Virus record (IMG/VR): IMGVR_UViG_3300031413_000601
DNA from: an uncultured virus (IMG/VR IMGVR_UViG_3300031413_000601)
Lineage: Duplodnaviria > Heunggongvirae > Uroviricota > Caudoviricetes
DNA length: 64,000 nucleotides
Reading direction: 5' to 3' (one strand)
Shown: piece by piece, positions 27,572 through 37,345 of the stretch
Layout of the letters: the number at the start of each line of letters is the position of its first letter
Numbering within the stretch: position 1 is the stretch's first letter
The notes under the pieces: generated by a model
The model's database searches: none
Told to the model about the DNA's origin: nothing
Seen by the model: the letters and a program-made list of their open reading frames with translations, nothing else
Made by a program: the position numbers and the translations under genes

Positions 27572-28998
27572 GGTGCCTCGGGGTCAGCTTTCGGCTTTGG
27601 TTTCGGCACCGGCGGCGCGTCGTCCATCGTGCCCAGGGCCGGGCCCTGCGCGTCGATGCGCCCTTGCTCTTCCGCCCAAACAGCGTCGGGGCGAATGATG
27701 CCGCGCCGCTGCAACTCCCCGTAAAGCGATTCGTTGGACAGCTTGCCGGCCTGATTGACCTTGAGCAGCAGCTCGGCGCTGGCCTCGGCCAAGGTGGCGG
27801 CACCGAAGTCCTTAAACACGGTGATATGGCCGCCTTCGGCCCCACCCACCCATTCGGCCATGAACTGCAGCGCCTGGTCGCCCGAGTCCTCGATGTTCTC
27901 CGCGACCTTTTGCAGCGCGCAGGCGCCCTGCTCGTTGTCGGCCAGCGTTTGGGTCTCGGTTACGTTGCCAGGCTTGATGACCAGCAGCTCAGCGCCGGCC
28001 TGGCGCATGCGATCCTCCAGATCGAGAATCGACAGGCGACCGGCATCGATTGCGGCGCCGGTGTGCTCAACAAATTTGAGGTCCGCGTCGGCACGATCAG
28101 TCTTAATCATGGATCCGGCGCCAACCGCGATGGTGTCGGTTGATTCAAGCCCCTTGCCGAACAGGATCGGCACGCGCGCGACGTGCAGGATGTTCTGCTG
28201 GTCGCTCTTGCTCTGCCAGTGCTCGACGTTGGCATAGGCCAGCTCGAGCAGCGCCGGCCGGGCGCGCATGAAGCCCAGGCGGTTGCCGTAGACCGGCACG
28301 AAGGGGATGCCCTTGATGGTGGTTACGCCGCTTTCGTGCGGCGCCCAGTCGTCTTGCTTATTGCCGCCTTCAACCTTGCGCCAGGTGGCCCAGGCGCCGC
28401 GCGTCAGCACGCGCACCTGCTCGACCTCTTTCGTGGCGAAATCGCCGTCATCCTCGGTGGCGGTTTCCAGCAGCCGCAGCTGCTTGAGGCCATCCTTATC
28501 GGTCAGCCAGCCCAGGATGTTCTTGGGATGGATCTGTACGAAGTACGGCCGTACGGCAGCGGCCTGTTCCTCGGCCTTGGTCACGTACAGCGCCTTGCCG
28601 TCCTTGTCTTGGGTCGGTGGGTAGTCCACCAGAATGCCAGAGAAACCGTAGCCGAGCGCTTCTTGGCCGACCTCAGCGAGGAAGGCATGCAGGTTGCGGC
28701 CCTGGCGGTCGACGTCTTCGAGCCACGGCTGCAGCTTCGCCGGCACGTCCTTGCCCAGCGTTACAGGCTTGCTAAACGGCTTGGCGCCCAGCACCTCGAT
28801 CGTGCGCTGGTAGGCTGGAAACAGCGTTGCTACCTTCAGGCGCGTCTCGTACGATTCTTTATCTTCCGCTGGCCAGCGCGGCATGTATTCGACCGCAAGC
28901 CGCATGGCCTTGGTGCCGCCCAGCAGCGCGTCGATCAAGGCGCAATGCTCGTTCAGCGCGTCGGCCTCGGGCGAGCGTTTGCGTACTGGGTGGGTCAT
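27568..28998 (-). CDS. Portal protein (DUF4055-like)
   Basis: 476 aa after TerL; YETRLKVAT, LAYANVEHWQSKSD. Confidence 0.88.
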   Translation of the reverse strand: MTHPVRKRSPEADALNEHCALIDALLGGTKAMRLAVEYMPRWPAEDKESYETRLKVATLFPAYQRTIEVLGAKPFSKPVTLGKDVPAKLQPWLEDVDRQGRNLHAFLAEVGQEALGYGFSGILVDYPPTQDKDGKALYVTKAEEQAAAVRPYFVQIHPKNILGWLTDKDGLKQLRLLETATEDDGDFATKEVEQVRVLTRGAWATWRKVEGGNKQDDWAPHESGVTTIKGIPFVPVYGNRLGFMRARPALLELAYANVEHWQSKSDQQNILHVARVPILFGKGLESTDTIAVGAGSMIKTDRADADLKFVEHTGAAIDAGRLSILDLEDRMRQAGAELLVIKPGNVTETQTLADNEQGACALQKVAENIEDSGDQALQFMAEWVGGAEGGHITVFKDFGAATLAEASAELLLKVNQAGKLSNESLYGELQRRGIIRPDAVWAEEQGRIDAQGPALGTMDDAPPVPKPKPKADPEAP

Positions 28999-29012
28999 GG
29001 GAATCCTTGCTG

Positions 29013-30299
29013 TTACACGCGCAGCGGCGACACGGCAGTCTCGCGCTTCACGATTGGGTACCGCTTCACGATGAAGTAGCCGTTGGCGTCGTTCGGGTGG
29101 TCGTGGCCCGATTTCTTGTCGGGCTGGCCGTCAGCGCCCCACACCTGCTGCTCCAGCGCCTCGGTGGTGGTCGGGCACAGGTCAGTGTTGATCTTCCACT
29201 GGCGCTCGCCGGCGGCGTTCAGGATCATCGCGTTGTAGGCGTTGACCCGGTCCTTCACGGCCGGGTTGGTGTGGTTCACCTCCAGCTGGAAGCCAGCGGC
29301 GCGCAGAATCGACAGATCCGACTCGCTGGCGTTCTTGCTGCTGGTGTTCTGGCCGGAGGCATCCGGGTAAATCTTGACCTGGTGGCCCTTGTTGGCGAAG
29401 TCCTCTTTCAGGATCCTGGCCATGGCCGGCGTGTCGCGCACCTTTACGCGCTCGGCCAGCGTGAGCGGCATGCCCTCGCGAACCACGTTGATGCAGGCGG
29501 TCATGTTCTGCACGTTGAAGTCGAGGCCCACCTGTAATGGCTCGCCGGGCAGGATGATCGCCGTGCTGCGGTTCTTGATGCGGTCGAAATCGGGATAGAC
29601 CGAGCCGCTGGTCAAGTTGGTGAACTTGCCGCGCAGGTAGGCGTCGATCAGCGCCGGCGGGTAGCTGGCCAGCAGCGACGGAATGTAGTCGGCCGGCAGG
29701 TTGAGCTCGTTGTCGAACGTGCTGGCCTGAATCAGGCCGTACAGTGCCGCCAGCGCGGGCTTGTCCCGCACCGCCTTCACGAACTGCGCGTAGACGAACT
29801 TGAAGCCCTCCGGCGTGGTCGTAACGTCGATGCCGTTCAACAGGCCCGGCACGTTGTAGCGCATCCGCGCGATGATCTTGCGCCAGGCTGTCTCGGCCTT
29901 CTTCATCGGCATCACGTCGAGCTCGTCGATCAGCGCGTGGCCGATCTTGAAGCCCACGATGGTCTCAGGCTTCTCCATCGAACGGCAAATGACCGTGCCG
30001 CGATACAGCCGGCCCTCGTACACCTCGACCTCGTGGTCGCCCTGCTTGACCTTGATCTTCAGGCCCATCGCATAGGCCACCTCCTCCATCGTAGGATAGA
30101 AGATGTCGCGAATCTGCGGATAGGTCGGTGCGAAATAGCCCTGACTGATGCCCGGCCACTGCCAGAAGTGCATGCAGATGCCCACGCAGCCCACGAACGT
30201 CTTGCCCGAGCCGAAGCCGGCCACGTACGCTTTGTACTTATGCGGCAGGTTGAGAAAGTTCGCCTGGGGGATGTTCAGTTCGAGTGCTGGTGTCGTCAT
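29013..30299 (-). CDS. terL: Terminase large subunit
   Basis: Walker A AGFGSGKT, Walker B LIDELD, TTTPEG, nuclease GLDFN and DHPNDA. Confidence 0.95.
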   Translation of the reverse strand: MTTPALELNIPQANFLNLPHKYKAYVAGFGSGKTFVGCVGICMHFWQWPGISQGYFAPTYPQIRDIFYPTMEEVAYAMGLKIKVKQGDHEVEVYEGRLYRGTVICRSMEKPETIVGFKIGHALIDELDVMPMKKAETAWRKIIARMRYNVPGLLNGIDVTTTPEGFKFVYAQFVKAVRDKPALAALYGLIQASTFDNELNLPADYIPSLLASYPPALIDAYLRGKFTNLTSGSVYPDFDRIKNRSTAIILPGEPLQVGLDFNVQNMTACINVVREGMPLTLAERVKVRDTPAMARILKEDFANKGHQVKIYPDASGQNTSSKNASESDLSILRAAGFQLEVNHTNPAVKDRVNAYNAMILNAAGERQWKINTDLCPTTTEALEQQVWGADGQPDKKSGHDHPNDANGYFIVKRYPIVKRETAVSPLRV

Positions 30300-30828
30300 G
30301 CCGCGCGGCGTCCTTAACGCCGATCACGATCTGCACCGGTGCCGGTTTGTCGTCTTCGGGCTTGATGTCCTTGGTGGCCTTGATCAGGTCCAGTCCGATC
30401 TCGGCGGCGCCATTGGCCAGGCGGGTAAGCGCACCGATGTCGCTCAAGGCAACGCGGCTCGCATCGTCCATCGGCTTGGCGTCATCGATCTCGTTCACCT
30501 TGGCGTGGGCAATGCCCGACAACCGGTGCGCGGTCGCAGCGCCATATCGTGCGGCCCCGGCCAGGTGCATCGAGATTTCCTTGAGTTCGTCGGCCAAGGT
30601 GCGCGCCTGAATTTGCGCACTAATCGGAAGTGCGCGGAAGGCTGTCTCTGCTGCAACCAATTGATTTGCAACATCTTTTACCTGCTTCGTCTGCGCACCA
30701 CAGCGTTTGCGTATGGCTGCTTCGGAGATATCGAATTCGCGGGCGAGGGCTCTGCCCTTCTCCCCTGCAAGGAGGCGTCGCTCGATCTCCGACCACTGCT
30801 TTTCTGTCAGGGATGATTTGCGCCCCAT
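30238..30828 (-). CDS. terS: Terminase small subunit
   Basis: N-terminal HTH (RALAREFDISEAAIRKR), directly upstream of terL. Confidence 0.75.
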   Translation of the reverse strand: MGRKSSLTEKQWSEIERRLLAGEKGRALAREFDISEAAIRKRCGAQTKQVKDVANQLVAAETAFRALPISAQIQARTLADELKEISMHLAGAARYGAATAHRLSGIAHAKVNEIDDAKPMDDASRVALSDIGALTRLANGAAEIGLDLIKATKDIKPEDDKPAPVQIVIGVKDAARHDDTSTRTEHPPGELSQPAA

Positions 30829-30854
30829 GGCTACCTCTGTTTCTGTTCCCTACC

Positions 30855-31100
30855 TTATTGAGCGTCCACCGCCAGCATCACCGGCGGCATGGTCGAGCCG
30901 ATCACCCACAGCGCGATCAAGCCGCCGCCAGCCAGGATGGCCAGTTCGTTGTCGCTGGGCTTCCAGTAGCTCACCACGGCGGGGATGCCGTCGCACTCGG
31001 TGCGGGTGATTGAGAGCGCGTCGCATGGTAGCTGCGCCTGGTCCCAGCTCTTCGGCGCGCCCAGGACGGCGTTGTTCGTGTGGTGTTGATGTTTGTTCAT
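30855..31100 (-). CDS. Phage hypothetical protein
   Basis: LGAPKSWD..CDAL...SYWKPS..EL..L..GG.I.L.V.G..MPPV pattern. Confidence 0.7.
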   Translation of the reverse strand: MNKHQHHTNNAVLGAPKSWDQAQLPCDALSITRTECDGIPAVVSYWKPSDNELAILAGGGLIALWVIGSTMPPVMLAVDAQ

Positions 31101-31453
31101 GGTCTTCTTCGTTGTCGCCGCCCGCTCCAAGCTGGGACCGCAGAATGCGTTAGCGCGCACGCAGCGGCCGGACCCACCTGGCCATGTTTCGTCGGCGATC
31201 TGCACCCGCTTTTGCAAGCCCTGCCGCTGGAGTGCGATGGCAGGTACGCGGCGTGTACTATTTATACGGCCAGGTATTCCGCACGGATTCCATGCGCGGC
31301 GCGGTTGGAACCGGTGTAGGGCGGTCGACGCTGCAGAGCATCAGCATGATGGCGAGCAGAGACATAAGCGCGACTACCTCGAATAAAAAAGGCCGCCAGC
31401 GCAGTGATGCGGCCGGCGGCGAAGGTCCAACGGGAGACTCAAGGCTAATTTAT

Positions 31454-31651
31454 TTAGCGAGCTACTTCGGCATAAATCTTGCCGAATGGCATATGTTGCA
31501 ATGTAAACTTGCTATCATCCGACTGCTGCCTGTGTTGAACAGGCAGAAGCTCACCCGAGCCATTGGTATCGAAGACCCGTAGGATCTTCCCGTTTGCCTG
31601 ATACTCCTGCGAGTCGGCCTTTACCAGTGCTACTGGGGTGATGATATTCAT
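31454..31651 (-). CDS. Small hypothetical protein
   Basis: 65 aa with AAGGA RBS; terminator-like hairpin downstream. Confidence 0.4.
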   Translation of the reverse strand: MNIITPVALVKADSQEYQANGKILRVFDTNGSGELLPVQHRQQSDDSKFTLQHMPFGKIYAEVAR

Positions 31652-31673
31652 GTTTTCCTTTTGGAAGAAAAGA

Positions 31674-31886
31674 ATGACAAAAACAGCTATTCAGACGATT
31701 CACGAAGCCTTGGACACACTTGAGTTCTTTCAGACTGCATACGCGTCCAGCGACCAATATCAGGAAAGACAAAGGGAAGTGGTAGCAATCCTGCGGGGAC
31801 GCTCTCAGCACAATCCTTACTCATATGATTCCAAGCTCATGGCAGGCATCGCGAAGGCGATAGAGGACGCCAGCAAGCCGGGCTAA
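31674..31886 (+). CDS. Small hypothetical protein
   Basis: 70 aa ORF; only 22 bp from the divergent ORF, so one of the two may be spurious. Confidence 0.35.
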   Translation: MTKTAIQTIHEALDTLEFFQTAYASSDQYQERQREVVAILRGRSQHNPYSYDSKLMAGIAKAIEDASKPG

Positions 31887-31906
31887 CTCGAGCAAACTGC
31901 GGCGAA

Positions 31907-32071
31907 TCAATCTCGTTCGTCGTGGTCCGGCTGGCGCGCGGGAGGCAGCATATGCCAGCCCAGCAGGCGCCGGATCTCTTCCGGCGTTGGCGGCGGATCC
32001 AGTGGCGCGTGCGTGCGACGCTCGAAGTACTCGCGAACGAGTTCCTTCGGCGGACGGGTGGTGTCGGGCAT
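31907..32071 (-). CDS. Small Pro-rich hypothetical protein
   Basis: GAGGTGG RBS; PPKELVREY..RR....PPPTPEEIRRLLGW. Confidence 0.65.
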   Translation of the reverse strand: MPDTTRPPKELVREYFERRTHAPLDPPPTPEEIRRLLGWHMLPPARQPDHDERD

Positions 32072-32142
32072 AGCCACCTCACTTGGAAACAAAAAGGCCC
32101 GCACTTGGCGGGCCGCACTTCAAGCAGCTAAGGTCGTTGTTC

Positions 32143-32643
32143 TTATACACGGCGTCGGCTCGCCACTGCGCCAATGAGCGCAAGGCCGACCAGCAGCATG
32201 CCGTATGCTTCAGGCTCTGGTACGACACCTGGAACGTTGCTAAAGGCGACATCGATCTGCCCCGCATACCAAGGGGTGTTATCCGAGGCGGTTACGAATT
32301 GGAAGAAATTGCCGTTAGCACCCGTGAAGAACTGAAACGAATCGGTGCCAGGCTCAAAATCCGCCACGCTTCGCAGCCAAATCATCGAGAGCGTCGCATA
32401 CAAATAAACGTCTGACATCTGGTAGATGTGGCCGTCGACTACGAGCTCAACCTTTAGCAGCGCGGGGCTGGAAAAGTCCGCTGGATTTTCAAGGTATTCA
32501 AACGCACCGTGTATGGTGCTCGGGACGGGTGCGGTGGACGGTCCGTAAAATTCTGAGGCAGTGAATTCGATGCGCTGCGCCGCTTGTGCGGAAGCGGCGA
32601 GTAATATCAGGGCGGAAATGGCAGCAACAAGACGTTTGAACAT
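32143..32643 (-). CDS. PEP-CTERM sorting-domain secreted protein
   Basis: Signal peptide ending AQA, C-terminal VPEPEAYGMLLVGLALIGAVASRRRV; terminator near 32090-32114. Confidence 0.92.
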   Translation of the reverse strand: MFKRLVAAISALILLAASAQAAQRIEFTASEFYGPSTAPVPSTIHGAFEYLENPADFSSPALLKVELVVDGHIYQMSDVYLYATLSMIWLRSVADFEPGTDSFQFFTGANGNFFQFVTASDNTPWYAGQIDVAFSNVPGVVPEPEAYGMLLVGLALIGAVASRRRV

Positions 32644-32747
32644 GATGGCACTCCAAGTGGGAAGAACTTAGACGATACCATGCTAATATGCCAATAATTG
32701 TGATTTGAGCACCAAATCTTCAAGTGTCTTAAATTCAAAACACAAGC

Positions 32748-32775
32748 AAAATAAAAGCCACCGCATGGGTGGCTA
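32748..32775 (-). terminator. Intrinsic terminator (tR'-like)
   Basis: AGCCACC-CATGC-GGTGGCT-TTTATTTT on minus strand. Confidence 0.75.
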
Positions 32776-32912
32776 GAGGATATTCTCCCGCGCTATCTGC
32801 GCGGTGAGCGAAACATACACACGAGCGAACGCACATCGGCTGGTCTACTCGCGAATCCCTGCTATCGGTGCCGCTAAAGCGATCATTACGAGTGCGTGGA
32901 GTGTGTACCCAA

Positions 32913-32942
32913 ACGTTAACATAAAAGTTTAATAGCCCGCAA
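32913..32942 (-). promoter_or_regulatory. Putative late promoter (pR'-like)
   Basis: TTGCGG, 18 nt spacer, TAACGT with extended TG; points to the late operon about 150 nt before a terminator. Confidence 0.45.
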
Positions 32943-33194
32943 TAGCGTTTGTGCAGATTCCGCAATTTGATCTGTCGCAAGATTACACTATTTCAATTCG
33001 CTATCCTTGGCGTATGATAAATCCCATAATTCTCTGCTGGGCCGCCCGAAGCTTGGCACTCAGTCATGGCGTGCAATTTAGCGCCGCGCTACTTTCGGAC
33101 AACGATGTGCCAATCGAGCTTGCACTGAGATTCCTGACACGTCCGCTGAAAGAGTTATCCTGTCGCTGCTATCCATTGATTCCACCGGAGAAAA

Positions 33195-34751
33195 ATGATG
33201 AGCGGTTTGCTGGAAACTACTATCCTGTCGCCGGTTCGTCGAGCTGCGGCCTATGTGCGAATGTCAACCGAGAGGCAGACCTACTCCACGGCAAACCAGA
33301 TGCAGCGCATCCAAGAGTATGCAGCGGAGCAGCAGATAACGATCGTAGCGGTTTATGAAGACGCGGGCAAAAGCGGGCTCACCATGCGGGGGCGACCCGG
33401 CCTGCAACAGCTGCTTGCAGACGTGCAGACGAAAGACGATTTCACCTGCATCCTCGTGTACGACGTCAGCCGCTGGGGCCGCTTCCAAGACGTCGATGAG
33501 AGCGCCCATTACGAGTACATCTGCCGGCTGAATGGAGTGCAGGTCACCTACTGCACCGAGGCCTTCCAGAATGATGATTCGCCCTATACCTCGATCATCA
33601 AAGCGATGAAGCGAATAGCAGCGGCGGATTACAGCCGCGAGCTGTCTTCCAAAGTATTCCTTGCCCAGTGCCGCATCATCAAGATGGGATACAAACTGGG
33701 TGGCATGGCTGGATACGGCCTGCGCCGAGCGCTACTCGATTCGAATGGCGATTTCATTCGCATAATGGAAAAAGGCGAATGGAAGGCGGTCCAGACGCAC
33801 CGCGTCGTCCTGGTGCCTGGCCCCAAGCACGAAATCGAGGTTGTTAATCTAATATTCCATTGGTACGCCGTAGACAAAGTTGGAGATCGACGTATCGCCA
33901 TCGTGCTCAACGAGCAGAACGTCGCTTCAGAATCTGGCAGGCCGTGGACAGGCGCACTCATCCGAGGAATGATCCGCAACGAGAAATACATCGGCAACCT
34001 TATATTCAACAAGGGATCCTACAAGCTGCGAAAGACCGCCGTCAGGAATCCCCCGGCGTTGTGGGTCCGCTGCGATGCAGCTTTCCCGCCAATTGTGCCT
34101 TTGCAGCTCTTCCATGCCGCACGCATAGAGCGGAGTGATCGAAATTATCGATACACCACCGAGGAGCTCATGCAGACCTTGCAGCGAATTTACAAAGCCC
34201 ACGGAGGGGTAACCAGCGCCTTGATTGACCGAGATCCAGACGGACCTGCGTGCCAGCTCTTCTGCCGTCGCTTTGGGTCCATATACGCCGCGTATGAACT
34301 GGCAGGGATTCCAGGGCCATTCAATGCCGAGGCCATCGTTACTCGCAGCCGCACGCTCTCGATAAAGGCCGAGTTCCTCGACAGTGTGAAAGGTGCCATT
34401 ATTGCGGCAGGCGGCACCTGGCAAGCAACCAACATGCCGCATACCCTTCGAATAAATGACGCGGTCACCGCATCGATTCGCGTGGTGCGCTGCGCCCTCG
34501 ACAAAAAGTGGGGTTATCACAGGTGGCGAATCAATAAGCGACTCGCGACCGGGTATGATTTTCTAATTGCTGCCGTATTGGATCGACACAATGAAGAAAT
34601 CGAGGCATACCTACTGGTCCCGGCACGCGAATTTGAAAACCGAGATATCTCTTTTACCGAATTGACCCGCGCCAGCCTAGGGAAAACCATCAGGGCTAAA
34701 TTGACCGATTTTTTCCCACCACCAGTCGAACTATCTGAGCAGAGCGGCTGA
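33195..34751 (+). CDS. Large serine recombinase (resolvase plus recombinase domains)
   Basis: AAAYVRMSTERQ catalytic Ser, DAGKSG, RPGLQ, DVSRWGR, GYGL.R, NEKYIG. Confidence 0.92.
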   Translation: MMSGLLETTILSPVRRAAAYVRMSTERQTYSTANQMQRIQEYAAEQQITIVAVYEDAGKSGLTMRGRPGLQQLLADVQTKDDFTCILVYDVSRWGRFQDVDESAHYEYICRLNGVQVTYCTEAFQNDDSPYTSIIKAMKRIAAADYSRELSSKVFLAQCRIIKMGYKLGGMAGYGLRRALLDSNGDFIRIMEKGEWKAVQTHRVVLVPGPKHEIEVVNLIFHWYAVDKVGDRRIAIVLNEQNVASESGRPWTGALIRGMIRNEKYIGNLIFNKGSYKLRKTAVRNPPALWVRCDAAFPPIVPLQLFHAARIERSDRNYRYTTEELMQTLQRIYKAHGGVTSALIDRDPDGPACQLFCRRFGSIYAAYELAGIPGPFNAEAIVTRSRTLSIKAEFLDSVKGAIIAAGGTWQATNMPHTLRINDAVTASIRVVRCALDKKWGYHRWRINKRLATGYDFLIAAVLDRHNEEIEAYLLVPAREFENRDISFTELTRASLGKTIRAKLTDFFPPPVELSEQSG

Positions 34752-35261
34752 ACGAGCGTTGTGCGCCTGAAGCAAGCCTTCCAGTTCGCTGACCATATCC
34801 AGGGCCTTCTCACGTTCGAATCCACCGCCTCCGATCTCACCACGGCCACTGCCTTTGCACGGCTGGCAGATCATGCGGTGGGTGGTGCCGGTGCCATGGC
34901 AAGCGTCGCATTTTCCATCGAGCCAGTAGGCCAGCGAGCGCTCGGCAACACGGCGATAGAGGGTCATGGCGGCGCGGACGTCCCACTCAGTGCCCTCCTT
35001 CACCCACCTGCGCTCCCGCCCCTTCTCGGTGACGCGGTTGATCCAAATGCGCAGCAGCTGCGCCAGGTTCTGCGCGCCGGACTCGAAGGTCTTGCTGATC
35101 GAGCCGTCGGCGTATTTCACGCGGGTCAGCAGCGCGCCGAAGCCGGCGCCGGTCAGGTCGGCCAGCGCTGCAGCGGCCAGCGGCTCGGCCGCGTGGTGCT
35201 GCGCGTCGTCCTGCAACGTCGCGGCATTCAAACCCCATACGAACTGATCGGCAAAACCCAT
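34731..35261 (-). CDS. Antiterminator Q-like zinc-finger protein
   Basis: CDACHGTG and CQPCKGSG, last gene of the early rightward-type operon. Confidence 0.7.
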   Translation of the reverse strand: MGFADQFVWGLNAATLQDDAQHHAAEPLAAAALADLTGAGFGALLTRVKYADGSISKTFESGAQNLAQLLRIWINRVTEKGRERRWVKEGTEWDVRAAMTLYRRVAERSLAYWLDGKCDACHGTGTTHRMICQPCKGSGRGEIGGGGFEREKALDMVSELEGLLQAHNARSAALLR

Positions 35262-35374
35262 GTGACACTCTCCCGGTTGACGCTGGGACGTTAACACACG
35301 GAAATCGCGGATGCAATGCACCAACGACCACTTTGTTGCAAAATCCAATCAAGGCTTTCCTGCTGGCCGCAGTT

Positions 35375-35785
35375 TCAATCTCGCAACTGCCGGACCGCCT
35401 TGTCGTACGCCGCAGCGAGCACACCGACTTCCAGCTTCGGCAGCGCACGGACGTAGTGCGCGATCGACAGCCGAATCGCTGCATACTCGCCGGTGGTCAG
35501 GTCGAGCAGCGCTGTCGGCCGCGCACAGGCTTGGCGCAGCGCCGACCACGCCACCACCGACGTGTCGTACAGCCGCTTATTGCCGATCTGCGACCAAACC
35601 GCCGCGCTGGTCAGCAGTTGCTCCGTGAGCGTGTTGGCCAGCGCCGCCGGCGCCAGGCCGCGCTTGGCCGCGTCAAGTGCGATCAGCACGACCAGCGCGG
35701 TGGCGTCGGCGTCCTCCTGGCCCACCACCTGCTTGGCGGCCAGGAGGTCGAGCGGGTTGGCGAGGAACGTTTGGCGCGCGCCCAT
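35375..35785 (-). CDS. Hypothetical protein
   Basis: 136 aa coupled to the upstream gene. Confidence 0.65.
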   Translation of the reverse strand: MGARQTFLANPLDLLAAKQVVGQEDADATALVVLIALDAAKRGLAPAALANTLTEQLLTSAAVWSQIGNKRLYDTSVVAWSALRQACARPTALLDLTTGEYAAIRLSIAHYVRALPKLEVGVLAAAYDKAVRQLRD

Positions 35786-36408
35786 CAGGCAGCCCCCAGC
35801 ATCGGCACGGCCGCGCGCTGCATGGTGAGCAACGGCGCGTCGCTTCCACCGGCCAGCACGCGCTGCGCAGCGGCCTGGTCGCCCACCAGCACCGGCGCCT
35901 GCAGCGCGTAGCCCTGCTTGCCGTTTTGCGCATTGGCCATGCCGATCAGCACCGGCGGATACGGCGGCGTCTCGCCACGCATCCGGTATCCCCGGTACCG
36001 GTTTTCGAATTCTTTGGCGATGAACGGCCAGTCGCTTTCGGACTTGCCCACGAGCTGAAGCCAGCCGCCCATGTCGTGCAGCACGCGGTGGATCAGCGCA
36101 TCATCGAACACCACGTCGGCGTAGGAGCCGACCTGCCGCACGGCGCGGTCGACCTTCGACCAGGCCACCGCCGCCTGGTCGGATGTGCGGCCCTCGAGCA
36201 TCTTCGCCACGTCGGCCACCTTCGGCATCCACTGCCCAGTGTCTGGGTTCTTCGCATGCGCCCACAGTGCCTTCTCGACCGCCTCCAAGTCGTACTCGCG
36301 GAGGCCTTCCCAGTACACCACCAGCACGCCCTTGGACAGCTCTTTGCCGTAGTAGTCGGCTACGCCGATCAAGGTCGTGAAGAATCGCTTCTTTTCGTTT
36401 TCAATCAT
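35785..36408 (-). CDS. Replication accessory/helicase-loader-like protein (DUF6475-like)
   Basis: YWEGL..YDL..V, WMPKVAD, VVFDDALIH.V..DMGGW; follows initiator. Confidence 0.75.
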   Translation of the reverse strand: MIENEKKRFFTTLIGVADYYGKELSKGVLVVYWEGLREYDLEAVEKALWAHAKNPDTGQWMPKVADVAKMLEGRTSDQAAVAWSKVDRAVRQVGSYADVVFDDALIHRVLHDMGGWLQLVGKSESDWPFIAKEFENRYRGYRMRGETPPYPPVLIGMANAQNGKQGYALQAPVLVGDQAAAQRVLAGGSDAPLLTMQRAAVPMLGAA

Positions 36409-37345
36409 GGCCCTGCTCCCTCAGAAGTTCTTCGACTGCGCGCGCTGTGGCCTGGCCAGCCTTCCCCAACTGCTGCGCGGCCGCTGCCACCGGCGCGTTC
36501 GCCCGGCGTTTGATCGACAGCTGATCCCACTTCTCGCGCAACTTTCCCGGCGACAGAATGTTTGCGTGCCAGAAGCCGTCGTCCTGCGCCCAGTTGAACA
36601 GCTCGCAGATCTCGCGATGAGTGCGGCCGTCGCGCTCACGCATGAGGCGCACCTCATCTGCCCAAGTTTCGAAATTCGGCTGCTTGTGGCCAGGGCTGCC
36701 CGCCAAGATGCGACCGTAGAGCCAGCGCGCGCACGTCTCATCTTCGGGCGTACTGCGGCGCTGCTTGCGACGCTCCTTGCCCTCGTCGCCATCCTCGCCG
36801 GCAGGGATCAGCGCCACGGCGGCGCTTTTCGCCGACGTGTTGTTTCCTTTTCCTGTTCCTGCTCCTGTTCCTGCTCCTGTTTCGGGACTCAGTACCGAAG
36901 GGTTTCGAAAGGGTTCGCTTTCCGCCTCAAATTTGTCCAAAATCGCGACAGGAAAAACGGGCGAGAATTCGCGCAAAGCCGCAGCCAGAGCGGCTTTCGC
37001 CATCGATGGCGCCGACAAGGAGTCAAACAACTTACCTGCCGCTTTGCCAACATTCGGGTTCTCGAACTGGTTCCACTTCAAGTAGCGCAGGATGACCACC
37101 CAATTTGACCTCTCGCAACGGTAGATATAACCCTTCGAGACAAGTCCGCTAAACCCTTTCGATACCCTTTCTGCGCTCCATTTAAGGTCATCCGAAGCGT
37201 ATGCTTCAGGTAGCCGGAAGCACCCCACCATGTTCCCGTGCGGGCAGGTCAAGAGATAGAGCGCCAGGGTGCGTTCGTCCTCCGTCATCGCCGTCACGTC
37301 TTCGCTGGTCCAGAATGCGGTGTACACCTTACCGTACTCACGCAT
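36401..37345 (-). CDS. Replication initiator (lambda O-like)
   Basis: N-terminal winged helix LALYLLTCPHGN; C-terminal WADEVRLMRERDGR...FWHANILSPGKLREKWDQL. Confidence 0.85.
   Translation of the reverse strand: MREYGKVYTAFWTSEDVTAMTEDERTLALYLLTCPHGNMVGCFRLPEAYASDDLKWSAERVSKGFSGLVSKGYIYRCERSNWVVILRYLKWNQFENPNVGKAAGKLFDSLSAPSMAKAALAAALREFSPVFPVAILDKFEAESEPFRNPSVLSPETGAGTGAGTGKGNNTSAKSAAVALIPAGEDGDEGKERRKQRRSTPEDETCARWLYGRILAGSPGHKQPNFETWADEVRLMRERDGRTHREICELFNWAQDDGFWHANILSPGKLREKWDQLSIKRRANAPVAAAAQQLGKAGQATARAVEELLREQGHD
36851..37171. repeat. Iteron-like repeats within the initiator (putative origin)
   Basis: GAAGGGTTTCGAAAGGGTT (36897-36915) inverted to AACCCTTTCGATACCCTTT (37152-37170), AACCCTTCGA at 37129, and (CCTGTTCCTGCT)2 at 36852. 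Confidence 0.55.
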
